A DNA stretch of 44,819 nucleotides from an uncultured Collinsella sp. (GCA_937926755.1 CALBBA010000012.1:1-44819); one strand, 5' to 3'. Shown: positions 1 to 11,673, numbered from the stretch's first letter. Notes: generated by a model from the letters alone, not told the origin. A program made the numbers and translations.

Positions 1-148
1 TAATGCAATCACTTTTCCCGAGACGCAGGCGTATCTGATTCGTGTCAATAATGCCTGGGTTCGCTACAAGACCCTCTATCCCGATCGGTTCGTATAGGAC
101 TATGCCTGCCGCCTGCGTATACTGCAGATGTACGAGTTAGGAGTATCC

Positions 149-2389
149 ATGGCGGAATTTGAAGTAGAACGCGTTGGTGGTGAACTTAAGCGCTTTGGCG
201 TTGAGGGCGCTGATGTGCCGTTTAAGGTCGTGTCTCCATACGAGCCCGCTGGTTCCCAGCCTAAGGCCATTGAGTCGCTTGTGCAGGGTGTGAGGGACGG
301 AGATCGCTATCAGGTTTTGCTGGGCGTGACTGGTTCGGGCAAGACCTTCACGATGGCTAAGACTATTGAGGCCCTGGGGAAGCCGACGCTGGTCATGGCT
401 CCCAATAAAACGCTCGCCGCTCAGCTTGCGAGCGAGCTCAAAGAGTTCTTTCCCAACAACGCTGTGGTCTACTTCGTCTCGTACTACGACTACTATCAGC
501 CCGAGGCGTATGTGCCGCAAAGCGATACATATATCGAGAAAGACTCCTCGATTAACGAAGAGGTCGAGATGCTGCGCCATCAGGCGACCGCGTCACTGCT
601 CTCTCGACGTGATGTGATCGTTGTCGCATCGGTCTCGTGTATCTATGGCATTGGCTCTCCTGAGGACTATGCGGGTCTGGCTCCAAACGTCGACAAGAAG
701 GTGCCGCTCGAGCGCGATGACTTTATCCATGCACTTATCGACATTCAATATGATCGCAATGACTATGACCTGGCACGTGGCACGTTCCGCGTGCGCGGCG
801 ATGTTGTTGACGTGTATCCGCCTTATGCCGAGCATCCGTTGCGGTTTGAGTTCTTTGGCGACGAGGTCGAGCTGATTGCCGAGATCGATGAGGTCACCGG
901 TGAGATGCTTCGTGAGTACGAGGCCATTCCCGTATGGCCGGCATCGCACTACGTGACCGAGAAGCCGAAGGTCAAGGCGGCTCTGAAATCGATCAGCGAA
1001 GAATGCGAGAAGCGCGTGGCGGAGCTCAAGGCGACCGACAAGTTGCTCGAGGCGCAGCGTCTGCAGCAGCGTACCGATTATGATCTTGAGATGCTCGAGA
1101 CGATGGGCTTTTGCAACGGCATCGAGAACTACTCGCGTCATCTGGACGGTCGCAAGCCGGGTGAGCCGCCGTTTACCCTAATCGATTACTTTCCCAAGGA
1201 TATGCTCTGCATCATCGATGAGAGCCATGTGACGGTGCCGCAGATTCGCGGCATGCACGAAGGTGACCGCTCGCGTAAGGTGACGCTGGTGGAACACGGT
1301 TTTCGCCTGCCCTCGGCGCTCGATAACCGCCCGCTTCGTTTCGATGAGTTTGAGGCAAGGATCCCCCAGTTTATCTATGTTTCGGCCACGCCGGGCGACT
1401 ACGAGCTGCGGGTGAGCCAAAACGACGTGGAGCAGATTATTCGTCCGACCGGCCTGCTCGACCCCAAGATTGACGTGCGTCCAGTTCGCGGTCAGATTGA
1501 CGATCTTGAGGACGAGATTCGCGAGCGCGTTGCCCGCAAGGAGCGCGTGCTGGTGACCACGTTGACCAAGCGCATGGCCGAGGACCTGACCGACCATCTG
1601 CTTGATGCGGGCATTAAGGTCAATTACATGCATTCTGATACGGCGACAATGGACCGTGTCGAGATCCTGCGAACGCTGCGCGAGGGCAAGATCGATGTTC
1701 TCGTTGGCATCAACCTGCTCCGCGAGGGCTTGGATCTTCCCGAGGTCTCACTGGTGGCAATTCTCGATGCCGATAAGGAAGGCTTCTTGCGCAACCGCCG
1801 TTCGCTGATTCAGACGATTGGCCGTGCGGCCCGTAACGCCGATGGCGAAGTCATCATGTATGCAGACGTTGTGACCGATTCGATGAAAGAGGCCATCGAG
1901 GAGACGCAGCGCCGTCGCGAGATTCAGATGGCATATAACGAAGAACATGGCATTGTGCCCAAGACAGTGCGCAAGGCCATCAACGACATCTCAAGTTTTA
2001 TTGCCGAGGCCGAAAAAACTGTGGGCTCCAAGGGACGCTCGAAGGGCGACTCTCTTGGCCATGGCGCATTCTATACGCCCGATGAGTCGGGCGAGGGCGG
2101 TGTGCCGGAAACGGTGGCGCCCGAGCAGACACTTGCGGAGCAGTTGGAAGAACTGCCGCATGACGAGCTTGTGCGGATCGTCGAAACCATGGAAGAGGAT
2201 ATGCGTAACGCTTCTGCCGCTATGGACTTTGAGGAGGCGGCGCGCCTGCGCGATGTTGTCGTTCAGATTCGGGCGATGCTCGAGGGTGCGTCTGAGGACG
2301 AGACGATCGAGCGCTTACGCTCGCAGGCCCGCAAGGGTTCCACGTTCGCATCGGGCAGAAAACGCCAGGGTGCACGGTTTAAGAAATAG
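149..2389 (+). CDS. uvrB: Excinuclease ABC subunit B
   Basis: Walker A GVTGSGKT, beta-hairpin [29 protein letters not shown]-terminal UVR motif ([11 protein letters not shown]). ATG at 149 follows AGGAG at 139-143. Confidence 0.98.
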   Translation: MAEFEVERVGGELKRFGVEGADVPFKVVSPYEPAGSQPKAIESLVQGVRDGDRYQVLLGVTGSGKTFTMAKTIEALGKPTLVMAPNKTLAAQLASELKEFFPNNAVVYFVSYYDYYQPEAYVPQSDTYIEKDSSINEEVEMLRHQATASLLSRRDVIVVASVSCIYGIGSPEDYAGLAPNVDKKVPLERDDFIHALIDIQYDRNDYDLARGTFRVRGDVVDVYPPYAEHPLRFEFFGDEVELIAEIDEVTGEMLREYEAIPVWPASHYVTEKPKVKAALKSISEECEKRVAELKATDKLLEAQRLQQRTDYDLEMLETMGFCNGIENYSRHLDGRKPGEPPFTLIDYFPKDMLCIIDESHVTVPQIRGMHEGDRSRKVTLVEHGFRLPSALDNRPLRFDEFEARIPQFIYVSATPGDYELRVSQNDVEQIIRPTGLLDPKIDVRPVRGQIDDLEDEIRERVARKERVLVTTLTKRMAEDLTDHLLDAGIKVNYMHSDTATMDRVEILRTLREGKIDVLVGINLLREGLDLPEVSLVAILDADKEGFLRNRRSLIQTIGRAARNADGEVIMYADVVTDSMKEAIEETQRRREIQMAYNEEHGIVPKTVRKAINDISSFIAEAEKTVGSKGRSKGDSLGHGAFYTPDESGEGGVPETVAPEQTLAEQLEELPHDELVRIVETMEEDMRNASAAMDFEEAARLRDVVVQIRAMLEGASEDETIERLRSQARKGSTFASGRKRQGARFKK

Positions 2390-2397
2390 CCGCGAAC

Positions 2398-2438
2398 AGG
2401 CCCCGAGTTCCCTGTGGAGCTCGGGGCCTATGTCTTTT
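2398..2438. terminator. Hairpin between convergent genes, probably a (bidirectional) intrinsic terminator
   Basis: AGGCCCCGAGTTCC (2398-2411), CTGT loop, GGAGCTCGGGGCCT (2416-2429), then ATGTCTTTT. Confidence 0.75.
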
Positions 2439-2457
2439 GCGCGCTGGAATTTGTGCG

Positions 2458-4098
2458 TTAGAGGTCTGCGATCAGGGCTTCAGCACAACGGATGCCGTCG
2501 GTGGCCGCGCTCATGATGCCGCCGGCATATCCAGCTCCCTCACCACAAGGGTAGAGGCCCGGGGTCGACACGGCATGGCACGTTCGGTCTCGGGTGACAG
2601 TGACCGGTGAGCTCGAACGAGTCTCCACGCCGGTAAGAACGGCATCGGGACGGTCGTAGCCTCGTAGCTTTTTTCCGAGTAGGGGAAGTCCCAGGCGGAG
2701 CGACTCGACGATATGCTGCGGTAGGGCTTCGTCAATTGCCGTCCAGGTCACACCGAGCGGATAGGTGGGCTTTACCTTTCCGGGCGCCTTGCTGGCGCGT
2801 CCTGCGAGGAAATCTCCGACGAGTTGTGCCGGTGCGTTCCAGTTGGAACCGCCCAGGCGGTAGGCGGCCGCCTCGCAGGCGCGCTGGAGCTCGATGCCGG
2901 CGAGTGGGTCATCGTTGGGAAGGTCCTCAGGCGTGACATTAACGAGCAGGGCGGCATTTGCGTTGCGTCCGTCGCGGGCATTGAGACTGGCCCCGTTGAC
3001 GCACAGATGGCACGGTTCTGAAGAGGCGGCAACAACCTGTCCGCCGGGGCACATGCAAAACGAGAACACGCTGCGGCCGTTGGGAAGATGGGCGACGAGC
3101 TTGTAGGGGGCTGCCCCGAGCGCTGGATGTCCCGCCGAGGCTCCATATTGGGCTCTGTCGATGTCGCGTTGCGGATGCTCGATGCGAACGCCCATGGCAA
3201 AGGTCTTTTGTGCGAGGGCCACGTTGTGGTCCTTAAGGAGCTCAAAAATATCGCGAGCAGAATGCCCGCAGGCGAGGATGAGGTGCTTTGTCTCGATTGA
3301 CTCGTAAGCGGCGTCTTGGGACGATTGGACATCAATGCCGGTGATGGCGCCAGACGCGTCGATGCGAATGTCGACGAGCTTCGTTCGATAACGGACGACA
3401 CCTCCGAGCTGCTCGATGCGCTGGGATATAGCGGTGACAACCGTGGGAAGGATGTCGGAGCCAATGTGCGGCTTGGCATCCCACAGAATATCGCGGGGCG
3501 CACCCGCCTCGACGAAGGTTTCGAGGATAAGGCGATGGGCGGGATTTTTTGTTCCCGTATTGAGCTTGCCGTCCGAGAAGGTCCCCGCGCCGCCCAGACC
3601 AAACTGAATATTGCTCTCGGGGTCGAGGATGCGCTCCTTTAGAAAGAGGTCGATCGCCTGCGAGCGGCGAAATGCCGGGTCGCCGCGCTCGATAAGCAAG
3701 GGCTTAAGACCTGCTTCGGCGAGCGTGAGCGCAGCGAAAAGGCCGGCGCATCCGGCGCCGACAACGACAGGGCGTTCTTGAGGTGCGTCGGAGACGGGGG
3801 AGGGGAATGAAGGCTCATCGTCTTCTATCGCGCGTACGCGCGAGCGGTCACGCTCGGCAACGCCGTCGACCGCTTCTTGCTCGAGGTGGGGACTAGTCAG
3901 CTCAACACGAAAGCTCAGGATAAAATGGACGTCTCGTTTTTTGCGAGCGTCGATTGACTTGCGGTGGAGCTCGATGGACTTGATCTCGGAGTCCTTGCAA
4001 CGTAGGACGCGCTTGGCGACTCGCTTGCCAACAATGAGACAGGCATTTTCATCGCCGGCTTCATCGAGCGACGCGTTGACTTGGGTGATTTCGATCAT
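2458..4098 (-). CDS. FAD-dependent oxidoreductase (COG2509-like uncharacterised dehydrogenase)
   Basis: VVGAGCAGL dinucleotide fold, GGAGTFSDGKL, MGVRIEHPQ, SFCMCPGG, GVETRSSSP, GEGAGYAGGIMSAA. ATG at 4098 with AAGGAG upstream. Confidence 0.9.
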   Translation of the reverse strand: MIEITQVNASLDEAGDENACLIVGKRVAKRVLRCKDSEIKSIELHRKSIDARKKRDVHFILSFRVELTSPHLEQEAVDGVAERDRSRVRAIEDDEPSFPSPVSDAPQERPVVVGAGCAGLFAALTLAEAGLKPLLIERGDPAFRRSQAIDLFLKERILDPESNIQFGLGGAGTFSDGKLNTGTKNPAHRLILETFVEAGAPRDILWDAKPHIGSDILPTVVTAISQRIEQLGGVVRYRTKLVDIRIDASGAITGIDVQSSQDAAYESIETKHLILACGHSARDIFELLKDHNVALAQKTFAMGVRIEHPQRDIDRAQYGASAGHPALGAAPYKLVAHLPNGRSVFSFCMCPGGQVVAASSEPCHLCVNGASLNARDGRNANAALLVNVTPEDLPNDDPLAGIELQRACEAAAYRLGGSNWNAPAQLVGDFLAGRASKAPGKVKPTYPLGVTWTAIDEALPQHIVESLRLGLPLLGKKLRGYDRPDAVLTGVETRSSSPVTVTRDRTCHAVSTPGLYPCGEGAGYAGGIMSAATDGIRCAEALIADL

Positions 4099-4116
4099 CG
4101 AGGTCTCCTTAGAGGC

Positions 4117-4149
4117 AAGAAAGAGGCCGTCCGGTATTCCAGACGGCCC
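4117..4149 (-). terminator. Terminator-like hairpin between the two flavoprotein genes
   Basis: Minus strand GGGCCGTCTGG-AATA-CCGGACGGCCT followed by CTTTCTT. Confidence 0.55.
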
Positions 4150-4178
4150 GAATGCGTTTTTGATTATAGACTGCGCGG

Positions 4179-5450
4179 CTACAGGCTGCTTGCAGCGCGA
4201 ATGCCCGAGAGCCAGGCCCACGCAAGGTTAAAGCCTCCGCAATCGGCGTCGATGTCGAGCGCTTCGCCGCAGACGTAAAGCGGGGCGTCGACAACGCTGC
4301 ACGCGCGTAGACTGGGTGTTGAGATGCTCTCGACAGATACGCCACCACGCGTGACCTGCGCCGAGCGCTCCTCGGCTGTTCCCTCGACGAGCAACTTAAA
4401 GTGCTTGAGGACCGAGACCAGGTGGATGACATCGTTGGAGCCTGGATGGCACTGCTCGAACGCCGTGCAGACGACGCGGGAGAGTTGCGGGGCGAGCATG
4501 CCGTCGAGCCAACGGGGATCGCGGGGCGAAAAGCCGCCGAGCAGCTCAACGCGTCGGTTGAGCATATCGAGCAGCTTGTCTTTGGAGAGGTCGGGGAAAA
4601 CGTCGAGCAGGATCGTATCGCCGCGCTGGATACGACGGGAGAGGTTGAAGACAGCGACGCCCGAGATGCCGAAGGCTCGAAACAGGACTTCACCGTCTTC
4701 GTGCCAGAGCTCATTATGATTGCGGGCGAGCGTCAAGCGGGCGCGGACGCGCAGGCCATCCAACGTCTTGAGTGCCGTCCGATCGCCGACGACCGTTGCC
4801 GATACGGGGCAGAGGATGGGGCGCAGCGAAGTGAGGGGGAGGCGAAACGTATCGGCGATACCGGTGGGGTTGCCGCCCGTGGCGATAATTACGGCATGTG
4901 CCTGCAGGGCCACGTTCTTGCGAGGGACATCAGCGAGCGCTTTCCGAAGCGAGCGGAGCTCCGATTTTCGGTCGTCGTGCTTTTTTGCCTTGAGCACCCG
5001 CGCTGGACGGTCTATTTGGAGTGCCCAGCCTTCGGAAGCTTTGTGCGCCGAGGCAACGTTGGCTCCGCAGATTAAGGTGATACCTAGGCGGTCGCAAACG
5101 TTGAGAAGCGCGTCGCGCACCGATTCAGCGCGAAGGGAGCGCGGGTACAGCCGGCCTTCCTCGGAGGTTGTCATGATACCCAGCGAGGAGAAGAAACCCA
5201 TAAGCTCTTGTTCGGGCTGGGGGCCCATGACGGATTCGACGAATGCGGGGTGGTTATACCGCTGAGGATCAATCGATTCGTTGGAGAGGTTGCAGCGGCC
5301 GTTACCGGTCGCAAGGAGCTTAAGGCCACAGGCGACATCGCGCTCAACGATGCAGACGCTTTTGCCAGCGCGTGCGGCCGTAATGGCAGCGGCGAGGCCT
5401 GAAGCCCCGCCGCCGATTACCAGGACGTCATAGAAGGCGCTCGCGTTCAC
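4179..5450 (-). CDS. HI0933/BaiN-family NAD(P)/FAD-dependent flavoprotein
   Basis: IGGGASGL, KLLATGNGRCNLSN, EEGRLYP, AQVTRGGV, GEALDIDADCGGFNLAWAWLSG. GTG start abuts the mrp stop codon. Confidence 0.92.
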   Translation of the reverse strand: MNASAFYDVLVIGGGASGLAAAITAARAGKSVCIVERDVACGLKLLATGNGRCNLSNESIDPQRYNHPAFVESVMGPQPEQELMGFFSSLGIMTTSEEGRLYPRSLRAESVRDALLNVCDRLGITLICGANVASAHKASEGWALQIDRPARVLKAKKHDDRKSELRSLRKALADVPRKNVALQAHAVIIATGGNPTGIADTFRLPLTSLRPILCPVSATVVGDRTALKTLDGLRVRARLTLARNHNELWHEDGEVLFRAFGISGVAVFNLSRRIQRGDTILLDVFPDLSKDKLLDMLNRRVELLGGFSPRDPRWLDGMLAPQLSRVVCTAFEQCHPGSNDVIHLVSVLKHFKLLVEGTAEERSAQVTRGGVSVESISTPSLRACSVVDAPLYVCGEALDIDADCGGFNLAWAWLSGIRAASSL

Positions 5451-6281
5451 TTAGGCCTCGTCGGTCTCGTGCGGGGTAATAGCCTCGACGGCAGAGACTG
5501 CCTTGGGCAACATGCCATCGGGCAGCGCGGTCTCGACCTCGCCCTTATCGCAGGCCTCGGCGAGTGCCGGATTAATGGGAAGCTGGCCCAAGATGTCGAG
5601 GTTATAGCGATCTGCGACCTCGGGGAGCTTGCTCTTGCCAAAGACCTCAATCTTCTTGCCGCAGTCGGGGCACTCAATATAGCTCATGTTCTCGACAATG
5701 CCCAGAATGGGGACGTTCATCTTCTCGGCCATGTTGACCGCCTTGGCGACGATCATCGAGACCAGATCCTGCGGGCTCGTGACGATGACGATGCCGTCGA
5801 CGGGCAGCGACTGGAAGACGGTGAGCGCGACGTCGCCTGTTCCCGGAGGCATGTCGACCAGCAGGTAGTCGATGGGGCCCCACGAGGTCTCGCTCCAGAA
5901 CTGCCTAATGGCGCCTGCGATGACCGGACCGCGCCAAAGGACGGGGTCGGTCTCGTTTTGGAGCAGCAGGTTGGAGCTCATGACCTTGACGCCGTGCTCG
6001 GAGATTTCGGGCAGCATAAGGTTGCCAAGGGCATGGACGTGGCGTCCACTCATACCGAACATCTTGGGGATAGAGGGACCGGTGATGTCGGCATCGAGGA
6101 CGCCGACCTTGTGGCCGTGACGGGCAAGCTCGGTGGCGATGGCACCGGTGACAAACGACTTGCCGACACCGCCCTTGCCGGAAAGCACGGCGATGACGCG
6201 TTTGACCTCGGACAGCGTGTTCTCCTCAAATTGCGACGGCGACGTTTGTCCGCCGGCGGCCTGTGCGTGCTCGCAACCCAT
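5451..6281 (-). CDS. mrp: Mrp/NBP35-family ATP-binding Fe-S carrier protein
   Basis: SGKGGVGKS, DADITGPSIP, WRGP, DMPPGTGD, ENMSYIECPDC (CxxC). ATG at 6281 with AAGGAG. Confidence 0.95.
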   Translation of the reverse strand: MGCEHAQAAGGQTSPSQFEENTLSEVKRVIAVLSGKGGVGKSFVTGAIATELARHGHKVGVLDADITGPSIPKMFGMSGRHVHALGNLMLPEISEHGVKVMSSNLLLQNETDPVLWRGPVIAGAIRQFWSETSWGPIDYLLVDMPPGTGDVALTVFQSLPVDGIVIVTSPQDLVSMIVAKAVNMAEKMNVPILGIVENMSYIECPDCGKKIEVFGKSKLPEVADRYNLDILGQLPINPALAEACDKGEVETALPDGMLPKAVSAVEAITPHETDEA

Positions 6282-6426
6282 GTATGACTCCTTTGTATAT
6301 GCTGGGGCCGGGGCCCCGCGATGTGACACGAGCGTCATTGTACCCTCGTTTGCGAGCGGGAGTCATTTGCGATGCGTTTGGGCCGAGCGTGCTTGCAATA
6401 CGATGGGCCCAAGCGAATGGGCGGGC

Positions 6427-8580
6427 TTACTGAACTTTGCTGGCGAACTCGAGGTATTGCATGCGCTGCAGCTTGTCGATCGTCGAGGCGTATGGGCTGT
6501 CTTCAGATTCCAAGTCGTAGCGCAGCCCGTCGGCACCAAGGTAGCCGGCGACATTGATGGTGGGCACATCTGACCTTGTTGCAAGCAGGGCCTTTTGATA
6601 GTCGGTGAGCGGGGCGCCGATCTTATTAAGGGTAATGGCTGCAATCTCGTTTGCCCCGACGGTGTCGTAGACGTTGAGCTCGGTATTGCCGGCGATTTCA
6701 TAGTTAGCCCAGACGAAATAGGTCGACTGATAGATACGGAAAGCGTGGCTTGCCGTATCTTCCTGAGGGTACAGCTCGTCGTTGAGAGTCGTTGCGGCGC
6801 TCGGCTGATGGTCGCCAAAAAAGACAAGGACAACCGGTCTGCTGATATTGCGGAGCTCGTTGATAAAATACTCGAGGTCCCGGTCGGACGCGTTGATGCA
6901 GGTGAGATAGGTGTTGAGCGCGCTATTGGCGCCCTCGCTGGCTCCCTCGACCCAATAGTTTGTCAGCTCTTCGGCGGGAACGGTGCCATAGTCGTAGCCG
7001 CCGTGATTTTGCATCGTGACGTCAAAGATGAACTGCGGCGCTTCGTCGGTTCTAAGCAGGTCGAGTATCTTGTCGTAGGTGGCGTAGTCGCATACGCCGG
7101 CATGGTAACAGGGCGCACCTTCGAAATCGCCGATTGAAAGAAAGTCTCCAAAGCCCAGCTGCTGATAGATCTTATCTCGATGGTAGTTGACGGGGTTTTG
7201 CGGGTGCATAGCGGTAGCGGTATACCCAAGCTCCTTAAGGTCCTTTGCCAGGCTGTTGACGCCATTCATCTGATATAGCTGATAGGGGATTTTGCCTAAT
7301 CCGACAAAGGCCGTTGTCGCTCCGGTCAAAAATTCGAATTCGGAGTTCGCCGTTCCGCCACCGGCGACCGAAGCGAGCATGGTGCCGCGAACAAGTGTGT
7401 CGGGAAGCGAGTTGTAGAATGCGGGGCCGGTGTACCCGGCCGCCTGGAGCTGCTCAAAGCACGAAAGGTCGCTAAAACTCTCATTCATGACGGCAACAAT
7501 CGTCGGCTTGATTTCATTGAACTGGGCAACGGCCGCCGCGCGCTGCTCGCTCGAGCCATACGTGCTGTCGTAGGTGGCGGCGAGCTCCTGCTCGATGCTC
7601 TGCGCCTCATCGGGCGTATAGTCTTCGGGCTTCTCAATGGGCAACTCGTTGACCATTTCGGTGAACGAAGTGATAAAACCCTGAGACGCATACGTGGTGA
7701 TGGGCTGCCAACGGTCAAATCCAAAATTCAGCGCCTGCTCCAAGTCGATGCTGGAAAAGCCCGAGAGCCCCACAACGGTCACTAGCAGAAAAGCGCAGAG
7801 GTTAGCGGCGATTGCGGGGAAGACATGGGTGGGCGTACGGAGCTTTCTCGGTCGGATAAGCGAAAGAAGCCCTAGGGAAATCTCCAGCAGGGCTAGAGAG
7901 GTTACGATTCCGGCGGTAAAGGTAAACTCGTATCCCTCGCTCACTTCCATTGCGGTGCCAAGGGCCAAGATATCGCTTGGCAGGATGGCTTCGCCTTTAA
8001 ACGTTATGACGAAGTGCTCGGCAATGCCAAGGATGCAACAGACGACGGGCACGAGGGCCATGACGCCTCCATGACGCTGTCCCAGCAAATAAAGGGAGAG
8101 CAGAACCGTCGCGAGCAGCCCGACGGAAAACCCGAATGAGTTGGCGGGAATGCGATAGAACGTTTCGTTGCAGGCAATTTCGAGTGAAACGAACGAGAGC
8201 GCTGAAACGGCGGCGATGACAAGGATGTCACGGCAAATACAGGCAACCGTTCCCGTCGCAAGATCGGTTTGGTCGATAAGTCCCGAAACCAAGGGCTCGA
8301 CAAGAAGTATGAAGGCGGTAGCACCGAGCGCCGAATAAGAAAGGACCCATAGGGAATTGTCCTCATTTACGAGCAATTGATTCGTAATCCATGCAGCTAC
8401 CATGCCGAGCGGGATGAGGAGCGTCGCGCACCAAAAGACGCGGGCAATGGGCGGCTTTTCATTGTGTTTGATTGAAAAATATACGCGCACCACGACGATG
8501 GCCACGATAAGGACGGCGATGAATATGGGCAGATTGGCCATGTCGCTCGAAGTGATTTCAAGGGGGATATCTTCGGTCAT
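6427..8580 (-). CDS. LTA-synthase (LtaS)-family membrane protein, alkaline phosphatase/sulfatase superfamily
   Basis: N-terminal multi-pass hydrophobic region, then MNESFSD, GGGTANSEF (catalytic Thr position), TMQNHGGY, FFGDHQP. ATG at 8580 with AGAGGA. Confidence 0.85.
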   Translation of the reverse strand: MTEDIPLEITSSDMANLPIFIAVLIVAIVVVRVYFSIKHNEKPPIARVFWCATLLIPLGMVAAWITNQLLVNEDNSLWVLSYSALGATAFILLVEPLVSGLIDQTDLATGTVACICRDILVIAAVSALSFVSLEIACNETFYRIPANSFGFSVGLLATVLLSLYLLGQRHGGVMALVPVVCCILGIAEHFVITFKGEAILPSDILALGTAMEVSEGYEFTFTAGIVTSLALLEISLGLLSLIRPRKLRTPTHVFPAIAANLCAFLLVTVVGLSGFSSIDLEQALNFGFDRWQPITTYASQGFITSFTEMVNELPIEKPEDYTPDEAQSIEQELAATYDSTYGSSEQRAAAVAQFNEIKPTIVAVMNESFSDLSCFEQLQAAGYTGPAFYNSLPDTLVRGTMLASVAGGGTANSEFEFLTGATTAFVGLGKIPYQLYQMNGVNSLAKDLKELGYTATAMHPQNPVNYHRDKIYQQLGFGDFLSIGDFEGAPCYHAGVCDYATYDKILDLLRTDEAPQFIFDVTMQNHGGYDYGTVPAEELTNYWVEGASEGANSALNTYLTCINASDRDLEYFINELRNISRPVVLVFFGDHQPSAATTLNDELYPQEDTASHAFRIYQSTYFVWANYEIAGNTELNVYDTVGANEIAAITLNKIGAPLTDYQKALLATRSDVPTINVAGYLGADGLRYDLESEDSPYASTIDKLQRMQYLEFASKVQ

Positions 8581-8698
8581 GGACGTTCCTCTGTTACGGC
8601 AAATTAAGTTCAGTATTAGATTACTGTAACCTTTCCACGGCATTTCGAGAAACAAAGTGCCCGATACGCAAAGCTAAAGGTCTGCGAATCTTGTATTA

Positions 8699-8712
8699 CG
8701 AACATCTGTGCG
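8699..8712. promoter_or_regulatory. Putative LexA (SOS) box upstream of uvrA
   Basis: CGAAC-ATCT-GTGCG, one mismatch from the Gram-positive CGAAC-N4-GTTCG consensus, about 60 bp before the uvrA start. Confidence 0.6.
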
Positions 8713-8773
8713 CGTCGAGTGCGCTAAACTCATCGACAGTATGATTCGATGCAATAGGAGGCAAGGAGCTTCC

Positions 8774-11653
8774 ATGTCTGATTCCTCTATCGTTATTCGC
8801 GGCGCTCGTGAGCACAACCTCCGTGATATCGATGTTTCCATTCCGCGTGACCAACTCGTGGTCATTACCGGTCTTTCTGGCTCGGGCAAGAGTTCGCTGG
8901 CATTTGACACTATCTATGCCGAGGGCCAGCGTCGATACGTCGAGAGTCTTTCGAGCTATGCGCGCCAGTTCTTGGGCCAGATGGACAAACCCGACTTGGA
9001 TTCAATCGACGGCCTTTCGCCGGCGGTGTCGATCGACCAAAAGACGACGTCTAAAAACCCTCGCTCGACGGTTGGCACCGTAACCGAGATTTATGACTAT
9101 CTGCGCCTGCTGTTCGCCCGTGTGGGCACCCCGCACTGTCCCGAATGCGGCCGCGTCATTGAGCGTCAGACGACCGACCAGGTTGCCGACAAGGTCTTGG
9201 CGGCGGGGGAGGGCCGCCGCGCGTTTGTGCTGGCACCGGTGGTGCGCGGGCGAAAAGGCGAGTACACCAAGCTGTTTGAGGACCTTCGCGCCGAGGGCTT
9301 TAGCCGCGTGCGTGTCGACGGTGAAGTGCGCTCGCTCGACGATCCGATCGATCTGGACAAGAAGTTCAAGCACGATATCGAGGTCGTAGTCGATCGCATC
9401 GTGATCCGTGAGAACTCTCTGGGCCGTATCGCCGAGTCTGTTGAGCAGGCGACCGCGCTGGCCCACGGCAATGTAAACGTGTACATGCTGCCCGATCGTG
9501 ATGCTCCCGAGGGGACCGAGGGCGAGCTGCTGGAGTATTCGTTGGCCTTGGCGTGCCCGGAGCATGGTCACTCCATTGACGATCTTCAGCCGCGTGATTT
9601 TTCGTTCAACGCTCCCTATGGCGCATGTCCTGAGTGCGACGGCCTGGGCTTTAAGAAAACCGTTGATGCCGAGGCGTTGATCGAGGACCCCTCGAAGTCC
9701 ATTGCCGACGGAGTCTTTGGTAGCCTGTTTGGCAACTCGAACTACTATCCGCAGATTTTTGCTGCGGTCTGCAAACACTTTAAGGTGAGCACCGATACGC
9801 CGTGGGAGGACTTGCCCCCTCGCGTGCGTCGTGCATTCTTGGATGGCCTGGGCGATACGAAGATCTCGGTCGACTACCAAAAGCTCGACGGACGTCGCAG
9901 CCAGTGGGATACCAAGTTTTCGGGCGTTCGCAACATCCTGTACGAACGCTATACCGAGACGACGAACGAGAACACCAAGGCGCGCCTGGAGAAGTACATT
10001 CGCGAGGAGCCGTGCTCGAGCTGCCACGGCGCTCGTTTGCGCCCTGAGATGCTCGCCGTCACCGTGGGCGGCAAGTCCATTTACGAGGTTTGTTGCCTGT
10101 CGTGCCGTGAATCGCTCGAGTTTTTTGAGGGCCTGGAACTCACCGAGCGCCAACAGTTTATCGGCGGCCGTATCGTCAAGGAAATCCTGGAGCGCTTGCG
10201 TTTTCTGGTCGATGTTGGACTCGACTATCTGACGCTCGATCGTGCCTCGGCGACGCTTTCCGGTGGCGAGGCGCAGCGTATTCGCCTGGCAACGCAGATC
10301 GGCGCGGGTCTCATGGGCGTGCTCTATATTCTGGACGAGCCCTCGATCGGTCTTCATCAGCGTGACAACGAGCGCTTGATCAAGACGCTCGAGCGCCTGC
10401 GCGATATCGGCAATACCGTTATCGTCGTCGAACACGACGAGGATACAATCCGTGCCGCCGATTACGTGATCGACGTGGGGCCCGGCGCCGGCGTCAACGG
10501 CGGACACGTAGTCGCGGCGGGAACGCCTGCCGATATCATGGCGTGTCCTGAGTCGATGACGGGCGCTTATCTGACCGGCAAACGAATGATCCGGGTGCCT
10601 GATGAACGGCGCAAGCCCGGTCGCGGCTGCCTTAAGATCACGGGCGCCCGCGCCAACAACCTCAAAAACGTTACCGCCAAGATCGAGTTTGGTACGCTTA
10701 CGGTCGTTACCGGCGTGTCGGGATCGGGTAAGAGCTCCCTGGTTACCGACACTATCGCACCTGCCCTTACGAATGCCATTCACCGTTCGACGCGCCCTGT
10801 GGGTCCGTATAAGAAAATCGAGGGCATCGAGTGTATCGATAAGGTTATCGATATCGACCAGTCGCCGATTGGCCGCACGCCGCGTTCCAACCCTGCTACC
10901 TATATCGGCCTGTGGGATGATCTTCGCGCGCTGTTTGCGAGTACGCCGGAGTCGAAGGCGCGCGGCTACTCGCCGGGTCGTTTCTCCTTTAATGTGAGTG
11001 GCGGGCGCTGTGAGGCGTGCAAGGGCGACGGGCAGATCAAGATCGAGATGCACTTCCTTCCTGATATCTACGTTCCCTGCGAAGTTTGCGGCGGTAAACG
11101 CTACAACCGCGAGACACTCGAGGTCACCTACCGTGGCAAGACCATCTCGGACGTGCTCGACATGAGCGTCACCGAGGCGCTGGCCTTCTTTGGGAATATC
11201 CCGCAGATTAAGCGCAAGCTCCAGACGCTGTACGATGTAGGCTTGGGCTACGTGAGCCTGGGCCAGCCCGCCACGACGCTTTCGGGCGGCGAGGCGCAGC
11301 GTGTGAAACTCGCCAAGGAGCTTCATCGACGCCAGACGGGCAAGACGTTCTATATTTTGGACGAGCCGACGACCGGCCTTCATTTTGAGGACGTCCGCCA
11401 GCTGCTCGATGTGCTGCAGCGCTTGGTCGATGCGGGCAACACGGTGCTGGTGATTGAACACAACCTTGATGTCATCAAGGTTGCCGACCGCCTGATCGAT
11501 ATGGGTCCCGAGGGCGGTAACGGCGGCGGAACCGTCGTGGTTTCGGGCACACCGGAGCAGGTTGCGGACTGTCCGCAGAGTTATACGGGCAAGTTTTTGG
11601 CGCCGTTGCTCAGGCGTGACCGGGAGCGTCAGGCTCAACTTGATGCTCAATAA
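8774..11653 (+). CDS. uvrA: Excinuclease ABC subunit A
   Basis: GAREHNL, two Walker A motifs ([18 protein letters not shown]), zinc fingers, two LSGGEAQR signatures. ATG at 8774 with AAGGAG. Confidence 0.98.
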   Translation: MSDSSIVIRGAREHNLRDIDVSIPRDQLVVITGLSGSGKSSLAFDTIYAEGQRRYVESLSSYARQFLGQMDKPDLDSIDGLSPAVSIDQKTTSKNPRSTVGTVTEIYDYLRLLFARVGTPHCPECGRVIERQTTDQVADKVLAAGEGRRAFVLAPVVRGRKGEYTKLFEDLRAEGFSRVRVDGEVRSLDDPIDLDKKFKHDIEVVVDRIVIRENSLGRIAESVEQATALAHGNVNVYMLPDRDAPEGTEGELLEYSLALACPEHGHSIDDLQPRDFSFNAPYGACPECDGLGFKKTVDAEALIEDPSKSIADGVFGSLFGNSNYYPQIFAAVCKHFKVSTDTPWEDLPPRVRRAFLDGLGDTKISVDYQKLDGRRSQWDTKFSGVRNILYERYTETTNENTKARLEKYIREEPCSSCHGARLRPEMLAVTVGGKSIYEVCCLSCRESLEFFEGLELTERQQFIGGRIVKEILERLRFLVDVGLDYLTLDRASATLSGGEAQRIRLATQIGAGLMGVLYILDEPSIGLHQRDNERLIKTLERLRDIGNTVIVVEHDEDTIRAADYVIDVGPGAGVNGGHVVAAGTPADIMACPESMTGAYLTGKRMIRVPDERRKPGRGCLKITGARANNLKNVTAKIEFGTLTVVTGVSGSGKSSLVTDTIAPALTNAIHRSTRPVGPYKKIEGIECIDKVIDIDQSPIGRTPRSNPATYIGLWDDLRALFASTPESKARGYSPGRFSFNVSGGRCEACKGDGQIKIEMHFLPDIYVPCEVCGGKRYNRETLEVTYRGKTISDVLDMSVTEALAFFGNIPQIKRKLQTLYDVGLGYVSLGQPATTLSGGEAQRVKLAKELHRRQTGKTFYILDEPTTGLHFEDVRQLLDVLQRLVDAGNTVLVIEHNLDVIKVADRLIDMGPEGGNGGGTVVVSGTPEQVADCPQSYTGKFLAPLLRRDRERQAQLDAQ

Positions 11654-11673
11654 ATAGGCGATTCAGTTTATGG

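Noticed and set aside
1..148. LexA box upstream of uvrB
   Set aside because: Only GTTCG half-sites (59-63, 88-92) without a matching CGAAC half.
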